From the NCBI GenBank assembly GCA_965202585.1, contig OZ241831.1:13082001-13146000 (forward strand): a stretch of DNA of 64,000 nt, read 5' to 3'. The first letter of the stretch is position 1; every line of letters starts with the position of its first letter. Under the pieces are notes generated by a model. It had not been told where the DNA came from and ran no database searches. It saw only the letters and a program-made list of their open reading frames with translations. The stretch is from Thalia democratica (Eukaryota). The translations under genes were made by a program, and so were the position numbers. Of this stretch, positions 11,352 to 23,284 are shown piece by piece.

Positions 11352-12057
11352 TCTTGAAAGAATAAATTCATTATTTCTCTTCTATTAGTTGAGATCTCTT
11401 TATTTGTTTTCTTGAAAACAAAACATATAATACCATTTAATCATTTAAAAAATATTTTTTAAAGTTTTAAAGTTAATAATTTTTATAACAACATATTTTC
11501 AATTACCTTATTTCTTAAATGTGATACAACTTACCAAGTCATACACACAAATATATTCATTTAAGTTTAAGAAGTAGTATCTTAAGTTATGTACATTAAC
11601 AAAATTATTATATTTTAAATCTTTCTTAAGAAAACTGCATCACAATTTAATACAAAATTTAAACTCACTACAATGCAATTTAAACTGTATATGTTAGCTT
11701 TTTATGATTTAAGTTAAAAACGTACAAGTAATTTAAATCTGAATCTTGATGTCATTAAGTATTCCTTTTTTATTTTCAGTCTAAAAAAATATGCTTAGTC
11801 GTTATTTACTTAAAGTTTTAAAACTTGTTATAAAATCTGACAACTTATTTACAAATCTGAGCAAAACATAGTAAAATGATAGTTTACTGTCATATAGTAC
11901 ATAATAAAGAACTTACTAATAACCATTCAAATGTAAATAAAATCAGGTATTACCTACTTTTAACAAACGGCTTAGACACTTTGAACTTTTTGAGGCTAAT
12001 TTTGGAGCCCTTTAAGATGTTTGTTTTTAACCGATACAACTGTCCATCATGTATATG

Positions 12058-12099
12058 TCTACCTTATGAGTTCAGATAAGGACGAAAATAGGTTGCAGA
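12058..12099 (+). ncRNA. Degenerate hammerhead ribozyme relic
   Basis: TCTAC-CUUAUGA-GUUC-AGAUAA-GGAC-GAAA-AUAGGUU-GCAGA; helix II is intact and similar to the one at 27896, but G5 and helix III are mutated. Confidence 0.4.
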
Positions 12100-15000
12100 A
12101 CGTCACATTGACCGTTGTCGGTGGTCATGCGGTGCTGTATTGTGATTTTTGAGTAGTGGTGTGAAAACAACTCAGCATTGCTGTATTCAACCGGATTAAC
12201 TACTACCTTATAAACTTTATAGAAGATTGATAACAAGCTAGATAAATACAAGAAATGTCACAATCAACTAAACGCATTTTATAGACAAATATTAACTTAA
12301 CAAACTTGAAAAAACTTTTAACATTCTATGAAATAAAGTAGAGACTGTTTGACTTGTAGAATACAAATTTATTTAGTACTTACCAAACTTTATAATCCTA
12401 GAGACTGCTTTTAAATCACTATAAAAAATATTATTTGACAAATAAAAAGTCTGGTAACAAAATGAAATATACGATAAGTATTTTCACGGTTAGTGTAATA
12501 ATTTGATTTTAACATAAATTAAGTAGTTAACTATGGTTTCAGTTTTATTTTTATAGAAGTTGTTGTTCAGTAAGTTTAATACTTAAAAAGAAAAACTTTA
12601 AAAACTGAACAGAAGGCTAAAAAACCAAAAAGTAATTTGCTACTTCAGATTTAATGACAGTAATTATCACAGTTATTACTTATCAATTTAGTAACAAACA
12701 AAAATGTTTGATTAAATTTAAAAAATATTTTGGCAATTTAAAGAACGGGATTAAAGGTAAAAATTAACTTATTTAGAAAAAAAAAATTACAGTTTCTATA
12801 TAGTTTTATCACGTAAAGTAAAAAATGTTACTACCAATTAAAAAAAAATCTGTAGAGATTATCGATAAATAACAAGTTATATCAATGTGTAGCGAAAACT
12901 GTACTTACTTAAAAAAGGGTACAGTTAAGAAATAGACTATTTCACAGGTGCGTTTTTAGGACTATATGTATGAAACAAAATATTGTTAATTAATTTAGAA
13001 TAAAGGTAAAACTTTAGTATTTTTGATTAAGATTGGATGTAAACTCAAAGTTGTAGTTTAAGGTAAAATTGTATATTATCTGAAGCAAAGTATTGCTTAA
13101 ATTTTATTAGAATGATGATAACACTTTTAATAAACATACCTTGCAAGAAGGTATACCCTTTTTCTACAAACTTTAACACATTTTGACCAACTATAAAAAT
13201 GTTATAATATTTTAAACTTTTGTTAAGGACTTATTCAAACTATAGCAAAATTTATTCTTTACAAAATATTTAGTTAATACTAAAACAGCTATCGGAAAAT
13301 TTTGTTTGCGAAAGAAAGCTTTGAAAGTTATATAGTATTTTAGTCCAATATAAAGAGTGAAAAACCACAAATGCAACCCCGAATATTTTCATTTTTTAAA
13401 ATTGGCTCGCGACCACTAAATGCTTGCCGACCCCTAGTATAATGTAAAAAACATTAAAAAATCACTGTCACGGTACTTTTCGAAAAAACTGAAAAAAAAA
13501 CTTCGCAACAACAAAGTTTAATAAAATACTTTTAAAAATCTTAAAAAACTTAAGTCTAATTTTGTGCTTTGATGATAAGAAAAAGACTTGTTTGGTTTTT
13601 GTTGAGCTGGAGAACGTTTTCAAAATGTTTAAAAGTATTTTTATTCTTTGAAAAATAGGTACTGTTAATTTTTGTACGTTTTCAAATGAATACAACTTTA
13701 GATAGATTTAGGCTGTATTACTTTATATTTTGTTAACTGTTACTAAATTAACTTTTTTTAAATCATGTCTGAACCTATGATATCGAAATAGTAGTATGTA
13801 CTACTATTTTCGAGTTTAACAACCTGTAGATTTAATAAACTATATATTTGAATAAAATAAGTGAAATTTTAGTTGTGTTTTTCAAACAATTTTTTTTTTG
13901 TTTTATGATTACGTTTTAATAAATACAACGTATTTTTTCGGTCACAGTCATTGAAACAAACTCAGAGATCACTTAAGAAAAAATTTCACGATTTAGAAAT
14001 TGAAGAAAGATTTTGTATTACTTTTAGTTTAAACAAAAAAATAAAAGATCGTTTAAATGAACTAAAGCGCCTTACGTTAACATAAATCTTTCAAAAAGCT
14101 ATTACAACACTTTCTTTTGTTCTTGAATAAGCAGATTAAAAATGTTTTAATAAACGAAAGATCTCTTTCTAAGTGTTATGTTTAAAAAACTGAGAAAGTT
14201 TTATACAATGGTTTTTAATGAAACTTTGTTATTCAAGCTACTACAAGTTGTCAGATTCTTCTCTAAAAAAAGATGTAGAAAAAAATAAATTCTATTTAGA
14301 ACTAATACAAAGCAAAGGTTATCAGGGTTCGGCAGCCTTTTAAATCTAACAGATTAAAGAACATTATATCTTTGCCATTTTGCAAACTTTTAGCTTGATT
14401 TCAATTGTTATTTGAATTCGTTTTCTTTTCTTTGCTGTCGTATCCATTTTTAAATAAGGTAAAGTTAACAGTTTCAAAAGTATCTATCTTGCTTGCTAAA
14501 TCATAAAAGCTTCCAAATAAACATAAGAAACATTTTTTATTTACTGAGCCCGAAAACAAATAATGAACTATAACACTAAGTTTGAAAGAAATATTAGAAT
14601 GATGACGCGTAAATTGCTTGTTTAGTTATATAAATTATATTATGCATGTTTTTATAGTGAAACATTGATTTTCGCTGAATTGAATAAATCTACTTCCCAA
14701 CTAAAGCCGGCCGAATAATAGAAGCACAGTACTATAAAAATCAAAAATATGATAAAATAAGCAATAAAAATGAACTAGTAAAAGTTAATTGTTTATTTAA
14801 GAGTCTTATTATAAGTTTTTACCACAATTCGTTGAATCTATTGTTTTAAACAAGTAAATTTTTGGCTGGAAAGTACCTCACGGCCGCAGTTGCCGATCTC
14901 TTCGCTACATAGTTTCTGGCAAATGGTAACTAATGAAAGGGCGTTGTAGAACAGTTTAGTTTTTAAATTGATTACAAAATCTCGTACTATATAATTTTCG

Positions 15001-15839
15001 GAGTTATGCTTTTACAACTTAGGTCAGGTGGGTTCAATGTGTTCTTATTCGCATTAGTTAATTAAAAGTTTGAACAAGTATTTACAATTATACTAGAATT
15101 CAAAATAAATTATTTTCGTATTAAATTGTTAGTATTGTATAGATTTTCTAGTAGGTTTGTATCGTTTTTATTCTATTCTAAATAGATGTAAAATAATATA
15201 GCTCGATTGTTAAAATAAAAACTTTTTTAATGCAACAGTTTTTCTAATTGGTTAAAACGTCTTGAAATAATCGTTTTTTTTGTCATAACACTTAAAAAGC
15301 CAATTAAGTTTTTCCTTTTTTTTTGTTTTTTAAGTTGATTATATATTTCCTTAACAATTAAACTAATTAATTCTATTACCTTAGGTTAGTCCTAATAAAA
15401 AATAGTTTTTTGATTTATAAAATCGTAGCTAGTAAAACTTTTTGAGTTTATTATTGTTTTAGTTGTTGAAATAAGTTCTAAGTTGAACGGTAATTTATAA
15501 AAAAAGTTGTAAAATAAGACGATATTATTAAATTATTAAAACACTAGGTTTTGTAATTGTGTTTCTAAATGGCTTCCGACCTCTGCATTTTCGCTATTAA
15601 TCGATTTTGTACGTTTAGTATATACTATTTTTAACATTTACTAAAACTAAATGAAACAGATCTGAAGTCAGTTTAAAACTTAGCTAAAATAAGTATATTG
15701 CGTTGCTTAATTACCTCCCAAGCTTTACTAAAAAACTTAACTAAATCTTAATGCTTGAGTAGTTTTAACGTTAAGTCCTATATAAAACATACAATGATAA
15801 CTTTTGAGCAGTTTAATAATAAAAAAAGTTAAAAAGTTT

Positions 15840-15883
15840 TTATTCTTTGAAGTTGAAGCAATCTTGTTCTTCATAGTGACCAT
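15840..15883 (-). other. Terminal exon 10 of copy B
   Basis: TTTTGCAG acceptor; homologous to 3628-3671. Confidence 0.7.
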
Positions 15884-16020
15884 CTGCAAAATAAAGTTTA
15901 TCAAATTTCTTATTAAAAAAGACGAGATATTTTTAAATTAGGTACTTGATATCTAACTTTGTTAGGTCGGTATGAAAAAAACCTTAAAATGTATTTATAT
16001 CTTATATAAAGAATACTTAC

Positions 16021-19000
16021 CTAACAAGTACGGAAGGTACATGAGTGAACTGATGGTGGACAGAAGTTCCATTTGCACATGAGTCTGAACGATGGACAGG
16101 TGAACTTGGCGTTACATTTGAAGCAGCAGCAGTAGTGCATGATCAATCTTGGCTCGTAGTAGTGGTGGAAGTAATCGAACTTTTCAATAATCTTCTTCAC
16201 TTTAGTGTCAACGCATTCGTGGTAGTGAGTTCTCAGGTTGAGTACGAGTTGGTTTGGGTTTTCACCGAAAACGCTGGAGAAGAACTTGTCAAAAGCAACC
16301 AAGTGGCAATGGGCACGCTGTAAAGAAGCAATATAGATAATTGACCTTAGTTTACTACTACATATGGTTTGTATTTCACATTTTAGGTTGAAGGTTTGTT
16401 GTAAAAGCCAGTAATAAAAAAATTACTTTAGAGTTCTAAAGTCTCGGTGTTAGTTGCTTAAGCTAACAATTAAAACAGAACTTGAACAAATTAAGAGTCC
16501 CTTGATATTGGGTTTTACATCAAACAATGTTTTGATTTTATAGGCTTGCATGCATATACGTAAACACCTTTCAAATTGATTTTTATTGAACATTAAATTC
16601 AAACTAACGTGGGTCAAAGTCTTGATGATGGCAGCACGTTGATGGACGCGTTTGTTGTAGAGTCCCTTGATGTAAGCGTCGATCTTTGACTGTCTGCCGG
16701 AAATGCACTGGTGGAAGTTGGCTTTCACTTTGTGGATCATCTGGTCAGCATGAGTTTTCCATTGCAAGATGCGAACGTGGACTCTTTCGTGGACGCACTC
16801 GATTTGGTGGAGCATCGACTCTTGGTGATGGTGGATCCATTCCTTAGCTTGAACCCTCAACAAATTGTGGAAGTTTTCAATTTCAGCTTGGGTTGGTGGG
16901 CATCTGAAATTAATAATATTTTTCTTAAAGTTAAAAAAAACTGTAATTTATTTTAAATATTACAAAACATTAAAAAAGTATATTAAAAGTAGCTTTCTAG
17001 TTATAAGTTGTTGTGTATTTAAAGTTAGGCCTTTCAAAAAATCTGCCAAAAAATACTAATTATAAACTAACATAAGTATATAATATCTAAGCTTTAAATT
17101 TTTATGTCAAAATGTAAATTCACTTTTTATATTGTTTAGTATTTGATCAAAGTCGTCTCTTAACATTTAATAAAAGAAAATATTTTTATTAGTAATAGGA
17201 CTGTTTTAATTTTTAATTTGTTAAGTATCAAATAAAGCTAAAAAGTAAACATACCCGTTGTATCCCTTTGGCATCTTGCAAACAATAAGTTCTTCAAGAC
17301 CAGTGATAGCAAAATGACACCATTCTTCAACTTGTTTCTTCCATGATCTGTATTTGTATGCGAGCTCTTGAGTGTATACGTTGCATTTTCTGTGAATTTC
17401 TTCTTCGTATTTCTTAGAATGGAACTCGCCACCGGATTCTTGTTCCTCTGTAAACACATTTTCGCTTTAAAATTGTCATTTTTACATATTTGAAGAGTTA
17501 ACATTAATGATAACGTTTAAAAATAAAAGCCTTATTATTTTGGTAAGAAAATATATTTCCTTTTTTTCTTTTCAAAAAACAAGCAGTACAATTTAACTTA
17601 CTCTTTGAACAAGTTTTGAGAGTTTTGTAAGCACATCCGTTCCATTCAGCTGAGAAAGCTCCAACACTACTGAGGTTAAACTTGCATTTTGGTGCAACTG
17701 GAAGATCACCACTAAAAAGGAAAAGTAATTATGACGTATTGAAAAGCAAAAAAAATACTTATTTTATTAAATTCATTTACCATTTTGATTGTTTTCTTAC
17801 AATGCTGTAGCAACCGTTCCTGAAGTAACAGACATAAGTACATCTGTAATCTTTTTCAACCATTTGTGCTGCTTGCATCACTTTAGTGTAGAAACCTTGG
17901 ACCAAAGTCTGATCGTATCTGACCATTTCTTCTTCCCATTGCTTAATTGCATCTTCAAATTCGGAAGGCATATCTTTGCCTTCTATAAATTTTTACACTG
18001 CTTAGTAAAACACATAAATTTTATTTTGATACACCTACTTATAGCTGTTTGTTAGTCGGAAAAGCTACGTATAATATTCTAGTTTAGATTAATAGTTTTT
18101 CTTGATGTAGATTTAATTAGCTAAAACTTTTAAAATTTTATAAACATATAAAATTCACTAACTGTAGATAGTAGCAAAGATGTGTCTGACGTAAGTAACT
18201 TTTCTAGAACGAAGTTTATCAAGTTTTTCATGGTAAACGTGGACATAATGTTGGGCACGTTCACCCATTTTACCGTGAATGCCACCGATTTGGTGTTGAC
18301 GCTTTTGGAGACATCCTTTTAACCTAATTTAGTTGATTCATGTTTGATTTTATGTTTTCTACAATTGTTCATGTTGTTTTTTAATTTTTTTTGTGGTTTT
18401 TGTGTTTTTGAGTGCCTAGCTTAAAATGTAGTAGTTGGGTATTTGTATATCATCTTATGTGATGACTAAAGTTTTTACTTAAACTCTTTTTATGAATATT
18501 CTGTTTTTGTACCTAAAACTAATCTGCTTCTTTGCAAGCGAATCACATATTAAAAATGGCAAACCTTATTTTTTGTAAGAAGTTATGCTTAATATAGTTT
18601 TACTTACTGATCAACAAGATGACAATGGTATTGCTCAATCTTTTGCATAATTTGTTGAACATTTCCGTTGTAGCGAGCAATACCCTGTTGTTTGTAACCT
18701 TCAAGCTCGTCGGAGTATTGTTTCAATCTACCTTCAAGTTCGGAGTATGCGCAGTTGGTAGCATGTTGGTAGTAATCTCTGAAGGTGCACACGTATTGGT
18801 GGTTCAAGTCCATGAGCATCTTGATCCATTGTTCTTGTCCTTGCATCAACTCACCGTAGATCTGTTGTCTGACATGGGCGAGCCTCTGTTCGATCTCACT
18901 GATTCTTCCAGCAGCGTTTTCCTCTGTGCAAAAAAAAAAAGTTACTTTTTTTGCTAAAGTGACTGTTTTTACTATTAAATTTGCTTGAAAAACAAGCATA

Positions 19001-19857
19001 AAATGAAAACACATACAATTTTTACTTAAGCGTTCAAGATGTAAGTATTCAAGATTAAAATTTTCAAACGAAAATAGTTACAATTAGTATACTGTTTCAT
19101 CAGTTAAATAATCTTTTTGCGCGTCTTTTTTAAAGACTGTAATAATTTTTATGTTTTAGTTTTAGTAAACACTTACCTGCTTCACAGCCTTTTGGTACGA
19201 AACATTTTGGGAATTCGCAAAGGATGCCTCTGTAGAAGTGACCCTGACACCAAGCTTGGTTGAAGTTGACTTTGTAGCTGTAGTAGCTTTGATGTGGCAC
19301 AACACAGAAGTTCTGATTGCACCAGTAATCGTAATCTGGGATGTTAAATACTGCACCTTGGGATGCCTGAAAAGTATAAAATTATTTTAAGACTATGTTA
19401 TTTAAGATTATTATTAGTAGCATAAAACTTGTATATTTATTTGTTATTTTTTTAATGAGCCAATTATATAAATCACTAAACATAAGGAAACAATTTAAAT
19501 ATTATAAAATTAATTAAATAGAAGAACAATCTAGATAGAATTATCAATCTAAACACTTATTAACAGGCAACATATAAAATGTTATGTATAAAATTTAGTT
19601 TTAAGGTCTATGAGTCAATTATTAAATCATTAGCTATAAAAAGAATTTAAACTGAATACCAAAAATGTTACAACTCAAAATAAGCTTAAATTTTTACCAG
19701 GATATATAAAAATCGATCAACTTCTAAAATAATTTTGGATGTTAAGGGTCGTATTTGACCATTGTAAATAATTATGTTTTTACAAATTAGCAAAACTGTA
19801 TATGGTAAATTTTAAACTTACAACAATGCATGCTAAGAAGACAGCGACTATCTTCAT
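16021..19857 (-). CDS. Copy B, complete, ~599 aa secreted His/Cys-rich protein. Exons 19857-19822, 19366-19177, 18923-18608, 18323-18163, 17982-17781, 17711-17602, 17447-17255, 16903-16609, 16317-16021
   Basis: MKIVAVFLACIV|ASQGAVFNIPDY signal-peptide-like start; all splice sites canonical; exon lengths identical to the other copies; no stops seen. Confidence 0.9.
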
Positions 19858-19923
19858 AGTTTTGGTTGTCTGTATTATAATAATCAAACAAGCAATAGAT
19901 GTCAAATGTCAGTTCGTCTGTAC

Positions 19924-19995
19924 TTTTATACTCCATTATACAAACAAAACAACACTTAGTGTAAAGTGTTGAGTAGTACTCGAAAATACTTGAAA
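19924..19995 (-). promoter_or_regulatory. Copy B core promoter: TATAAAA (19930-19924) and upstream conserved block
   Basis: TATAAAAGT lies 67 nt upstream of the ATG in B, C, D and E; the block AACACTTAGTGT..AGTG..GAGTAGTACTCGAAAAT is shared by all four promoters. Confidence 0.75.
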
Positions 19996-21220
19996 TGCAT
20001 AAGTTTACTTTTAGTTTTTAGCCAATTACGTATTAAAAATTCTTTACATTAAGTTTGGTTTGTTAAATGAAAACAAGAATAACTGTAATTGTATAAAAAA
20101 GTATACGTTTTTTGAATTTATAGAACATAAAGTATGAATATTTATACTTTTTATTTTTAAAACTTATAATATTATTAGTAATAGACTGTTAGCTTAAGGT
20201 GGACAGGTAAGTTGAAATATTAAAGCACAATTTTGATTACTTTTATCAAAACTTTCGATCCTTTAAAATATCATGAATTTTAGAATTCAAAGTATATCAG
20301 AAAATTAAGCTTTCCATAGCATAAATATTTGCCCGATTGGTTTTTAGATATATATCAAAAAGAATAAAATTTAAAAGTTGAAATTTTTGACCTGTTTCAG
20401 TTGCTTCAGTGATCAATATTAAGTGTTATATTTTATATTTAAGAACGTTTATAATATATATTCTCAAACATCTACTTAAAATATATATTTTTTAAATTTA
20501 ATTAGATTATACACAAATTATTTAAAAATGCTTTTAACTTCAATGTAATCACAGCGTTATAAAATGATTAAGTATCAAAATGAAAACGTAATATCAAATA
20601 TTAAGTATCTATAAATACAATTACACTTAAAATACTTTAAGTATAAACTACATGATAAAAAATTTATATATTAAGAATTAAAAAAAGTTTATTTCTTATA
20701 AGTTTACTAGCGAAATCTCAAAACCATGATCATTATTATTTAAGTCATATTTAAAAAAGTAATTAATTTATTTAAATCGGAAATTTAAACCTGTTCTTAC
20801 TGTGACTTTTGTATTTTTTATTAGTTTGATAGAACTTTAGAGAAAAAAATAGAAATATTTTACTTTAACCCACCTTCAATTTTCAACTAAATAAAACAAA
20901 TAAACATTTTTTTAATACAACACAAAATTTATAGAGTTAATATAAAACTTCCATTACGACTTACTATTTTTATATAACTAACAAAACTTCACTAGAGCAT
21001 TTGTTAATTAAATCACTTTAAAAACAAAATACATTACCTTATGATGTAAAAGTTCATTTTATTTTAACTTTATTAAGTATTAATGCTTCTCATAACTTAA
21101 GCGTTCAAAAAACACGTCTAGTCTAATTATTTAATTTTGTTTTAAATATATAATTTTTTATCGCTTTTCAAATAAATTTTTGCTTCCATTGTTAAACAAT
21201 TTAAGTAATAAGTAAATACT

Positions 21221-21422
21221 GCAACCAGCACACGTTTCCGTTTTAGTGTTTTACTAAAATCCATCTACTATACTCAAAACTTAGATTGAAATGCACAAAG
21301 TATACTATTTGGTCAAAAGTTTTTATTGTCAGTAAAAACGAATCGGATGTGTTTCCGGTTCCGTGGTTTGTTGTCAAAGCTATTCGAAAATGATTGCGCA
21401 ATAAACTTTCTACGAGTTGATT
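21221..21422 (+). repeat. Conserved non-coding element, copy 1 (others at 47052-47175 minus and 49021-49225 plus)
   Basis: Near-identical ~60-nt core AAAGTTTTTATTGTCAGTAAAAACGAATCGGATGTGTTTCCGGTTCCGTGGTTTGTTGT in both head-to-head intervals. Confidence 0.8.
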
Positions 21423-21467
21423 AGATATTTTCTTACTAAAAAAAAATAAATTAATGACACTTAATTG

Positions 21468-23284
21468 AACTTTTGTAGATTATAAACTGTTGTAACAAAA
21501 ATTTAATCTTGTATATAGTTTTCAGAAAATTTATTAAACTCAATTCAAAATTCACTTTATAATCAAGTGATATAGAAAATACTATAAGATATAGGTTTGG
21601 CTACTAATGAAACATATCTAACAATTATAAAAATTTCTTTTGCAAAGTTGTTGTTTATTGTTCTTTTTTTGGTAATAAATAATTTTTAAAAATTATTTTA
21701 TTTAGTAGAGACATTGATCAGGTAACGTACCTTGAACCAAAGCAAAAGTGCGTACCTTATATTTATAAAAACATTCGTGAATTTTTCACATTGAAAATTA
21801 GCTAACATTTTATTTTTTTCAAATGAAATTACGGTTTTTTTTCTAGTTTGATTTAGAGTTACTACATTCCACCAAAAATTAATTGCGCTTTATTTAAGTT
21901 GGTCAAGTTAATATCATGTTTTTTTTTACTTTTTCTTTATTCTTTTTACATGATGTCTTAAAATTTTATTTATTGAAAAAAAAATTGATAAACACTTGTT
22001 TTCAAGACTTAGCGTACATATTTTACGCAAGTGCAACCATTGTAAAATGCGTACTTTATCGATGTCCCTACTTAAATCTTCATTTTGCCTTTTTCCAGAT
22101 AAAGTACTTATAATTAAATACAAAGGCATCATAAAGCTAGGATAATGTAAGTTCTGATTTATATTAGAAGGTATATTAACAACTGTATAAGTTTTATTAG
22201 TAGTTTTTGTAGTTAAAAACAACAAAAATTACAATTACTTTTTTTTAAATTTAAATTTTTTAGTGTTTAAGTTTAGGTAGTAGTTTTTAGTGAATATGTA
22301 TAAGTTTTTAAAATTAAACGTTTACTTATATTTAAAATAATACAGTTCAAAAATCTAATTAAATTTTTGAAAAAGTTTAGCTTCAAACTTATGATATTTT
22401 TTGGACAACTTGGTCAAGTTTTTATATAAGAAAAAGTTTTAAAGCTTTAAAATAACATTGGTATCCAATAAATTTCAACCTAACATGATTAGTAAGCGAA
22501 CTTTTTGAAGTAATTTGACTATCTTGGGGACTTAAAAAGGTAACTTTAATTTTAGCTATATAGTTTTAGGGTTAGATTAAAAAGTGTACTGAAAATAACA
22601 AACACAATAAAAAAACGATTGGTTAAAGATTAAAAATATTATATTAAAAGACTTTTCAATTTAAGCAGCTAACATAAGTTTTTCATCTAAATAATACAAA
22701 GTTCATAACACATATACTTTTAATAGTAATTTATTTTATTCTATATGTTTTAAAGGCACACGAATCTTGTTTTGTTCTGTTTAAGTTTCTCTTTTTAATT
22801 ATGAGTGAGAAAACTTACTAATGATTCGTTACAGAATCGATTACTAAACTATAAGCTTGTAGTAGATAAAACTATTAATTGAAGATTTTTTTATTTTTCT
22901 ATTCATAAGTTTATATATTATAGGTGTTGGAATTAGCGAAATGTAAGTTTGTCGTTTGTTTTGAAAAATTCACGAATGTTTTTATAAATATAAGGTACGC
23001 ACTTTTGCTTTGGTTAAAGGTACGTTACCTGGTCAATGTCCCTACTAAATAAAATGAATTTAAAAAATACTTATTACCAAAAAAAGAACAATAAACAACA
23101 ACTTTGCAAAAGAAATTTTTATAATTGTTAGATATGTTTTATTTAGTAGCACATACCTATATGTTATAGTATTTTCTATATCACTTGATTATAAAGTGAA
23201 TTATGAATTGAGTTTGATATATTTTTCTGAAAACTACATACAAGATTAAAATTTTGTAACAACAGTTTATAATCTACAAAAGTT
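21468..23284. repeat. Long inverted repeat, ~320-bp arms (21468-21788 / 22962-23284) around a ~1.17-kb spacer
   Basis: Arms are reverse complements with scattered mismatches (e.g. GGTAACGTACCTT.AACCAAAGCAAAAGTGCGTACCTTATATTTATAAAAACATTCGTGAATTTTTCA); no TSD recognised. Confidence 0.85.

Larger units (their letters stand above)
10211..13436. mobile_element. Old hAT-like non-autonomous element that predates the block duplication
   Basis: Imperfect TIRs TAGGGATCGGCAAAC / TAGGGGTCGGCAAGC with hAT-type subterminal GGCTCGCG; no recognisable TSD. The paralogous copy starts at 39253 and has lost its right end. Confidence 0.55.
3880..15880 (+). repeat. A-B spacer; segmental paralog of the C-D spacer (~29490-42690)
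   Basis: Collinear same-strand blocks, e.g. 3887/29495, 4311/38101, 9700/38730, 12430/39550, 13500-15880/40310-42690; they differ mainly by copy-specific transposon insertions. Confidence 0.9.

Noticed and set aside
11960-12055. Minus-strand peptide HDGQLYRLKTNILKGSKLAS resembling a reverse-transcriptase motif
   Set aside because: Too short and degenerate, with no neighbouring RT motifs; could be chance.
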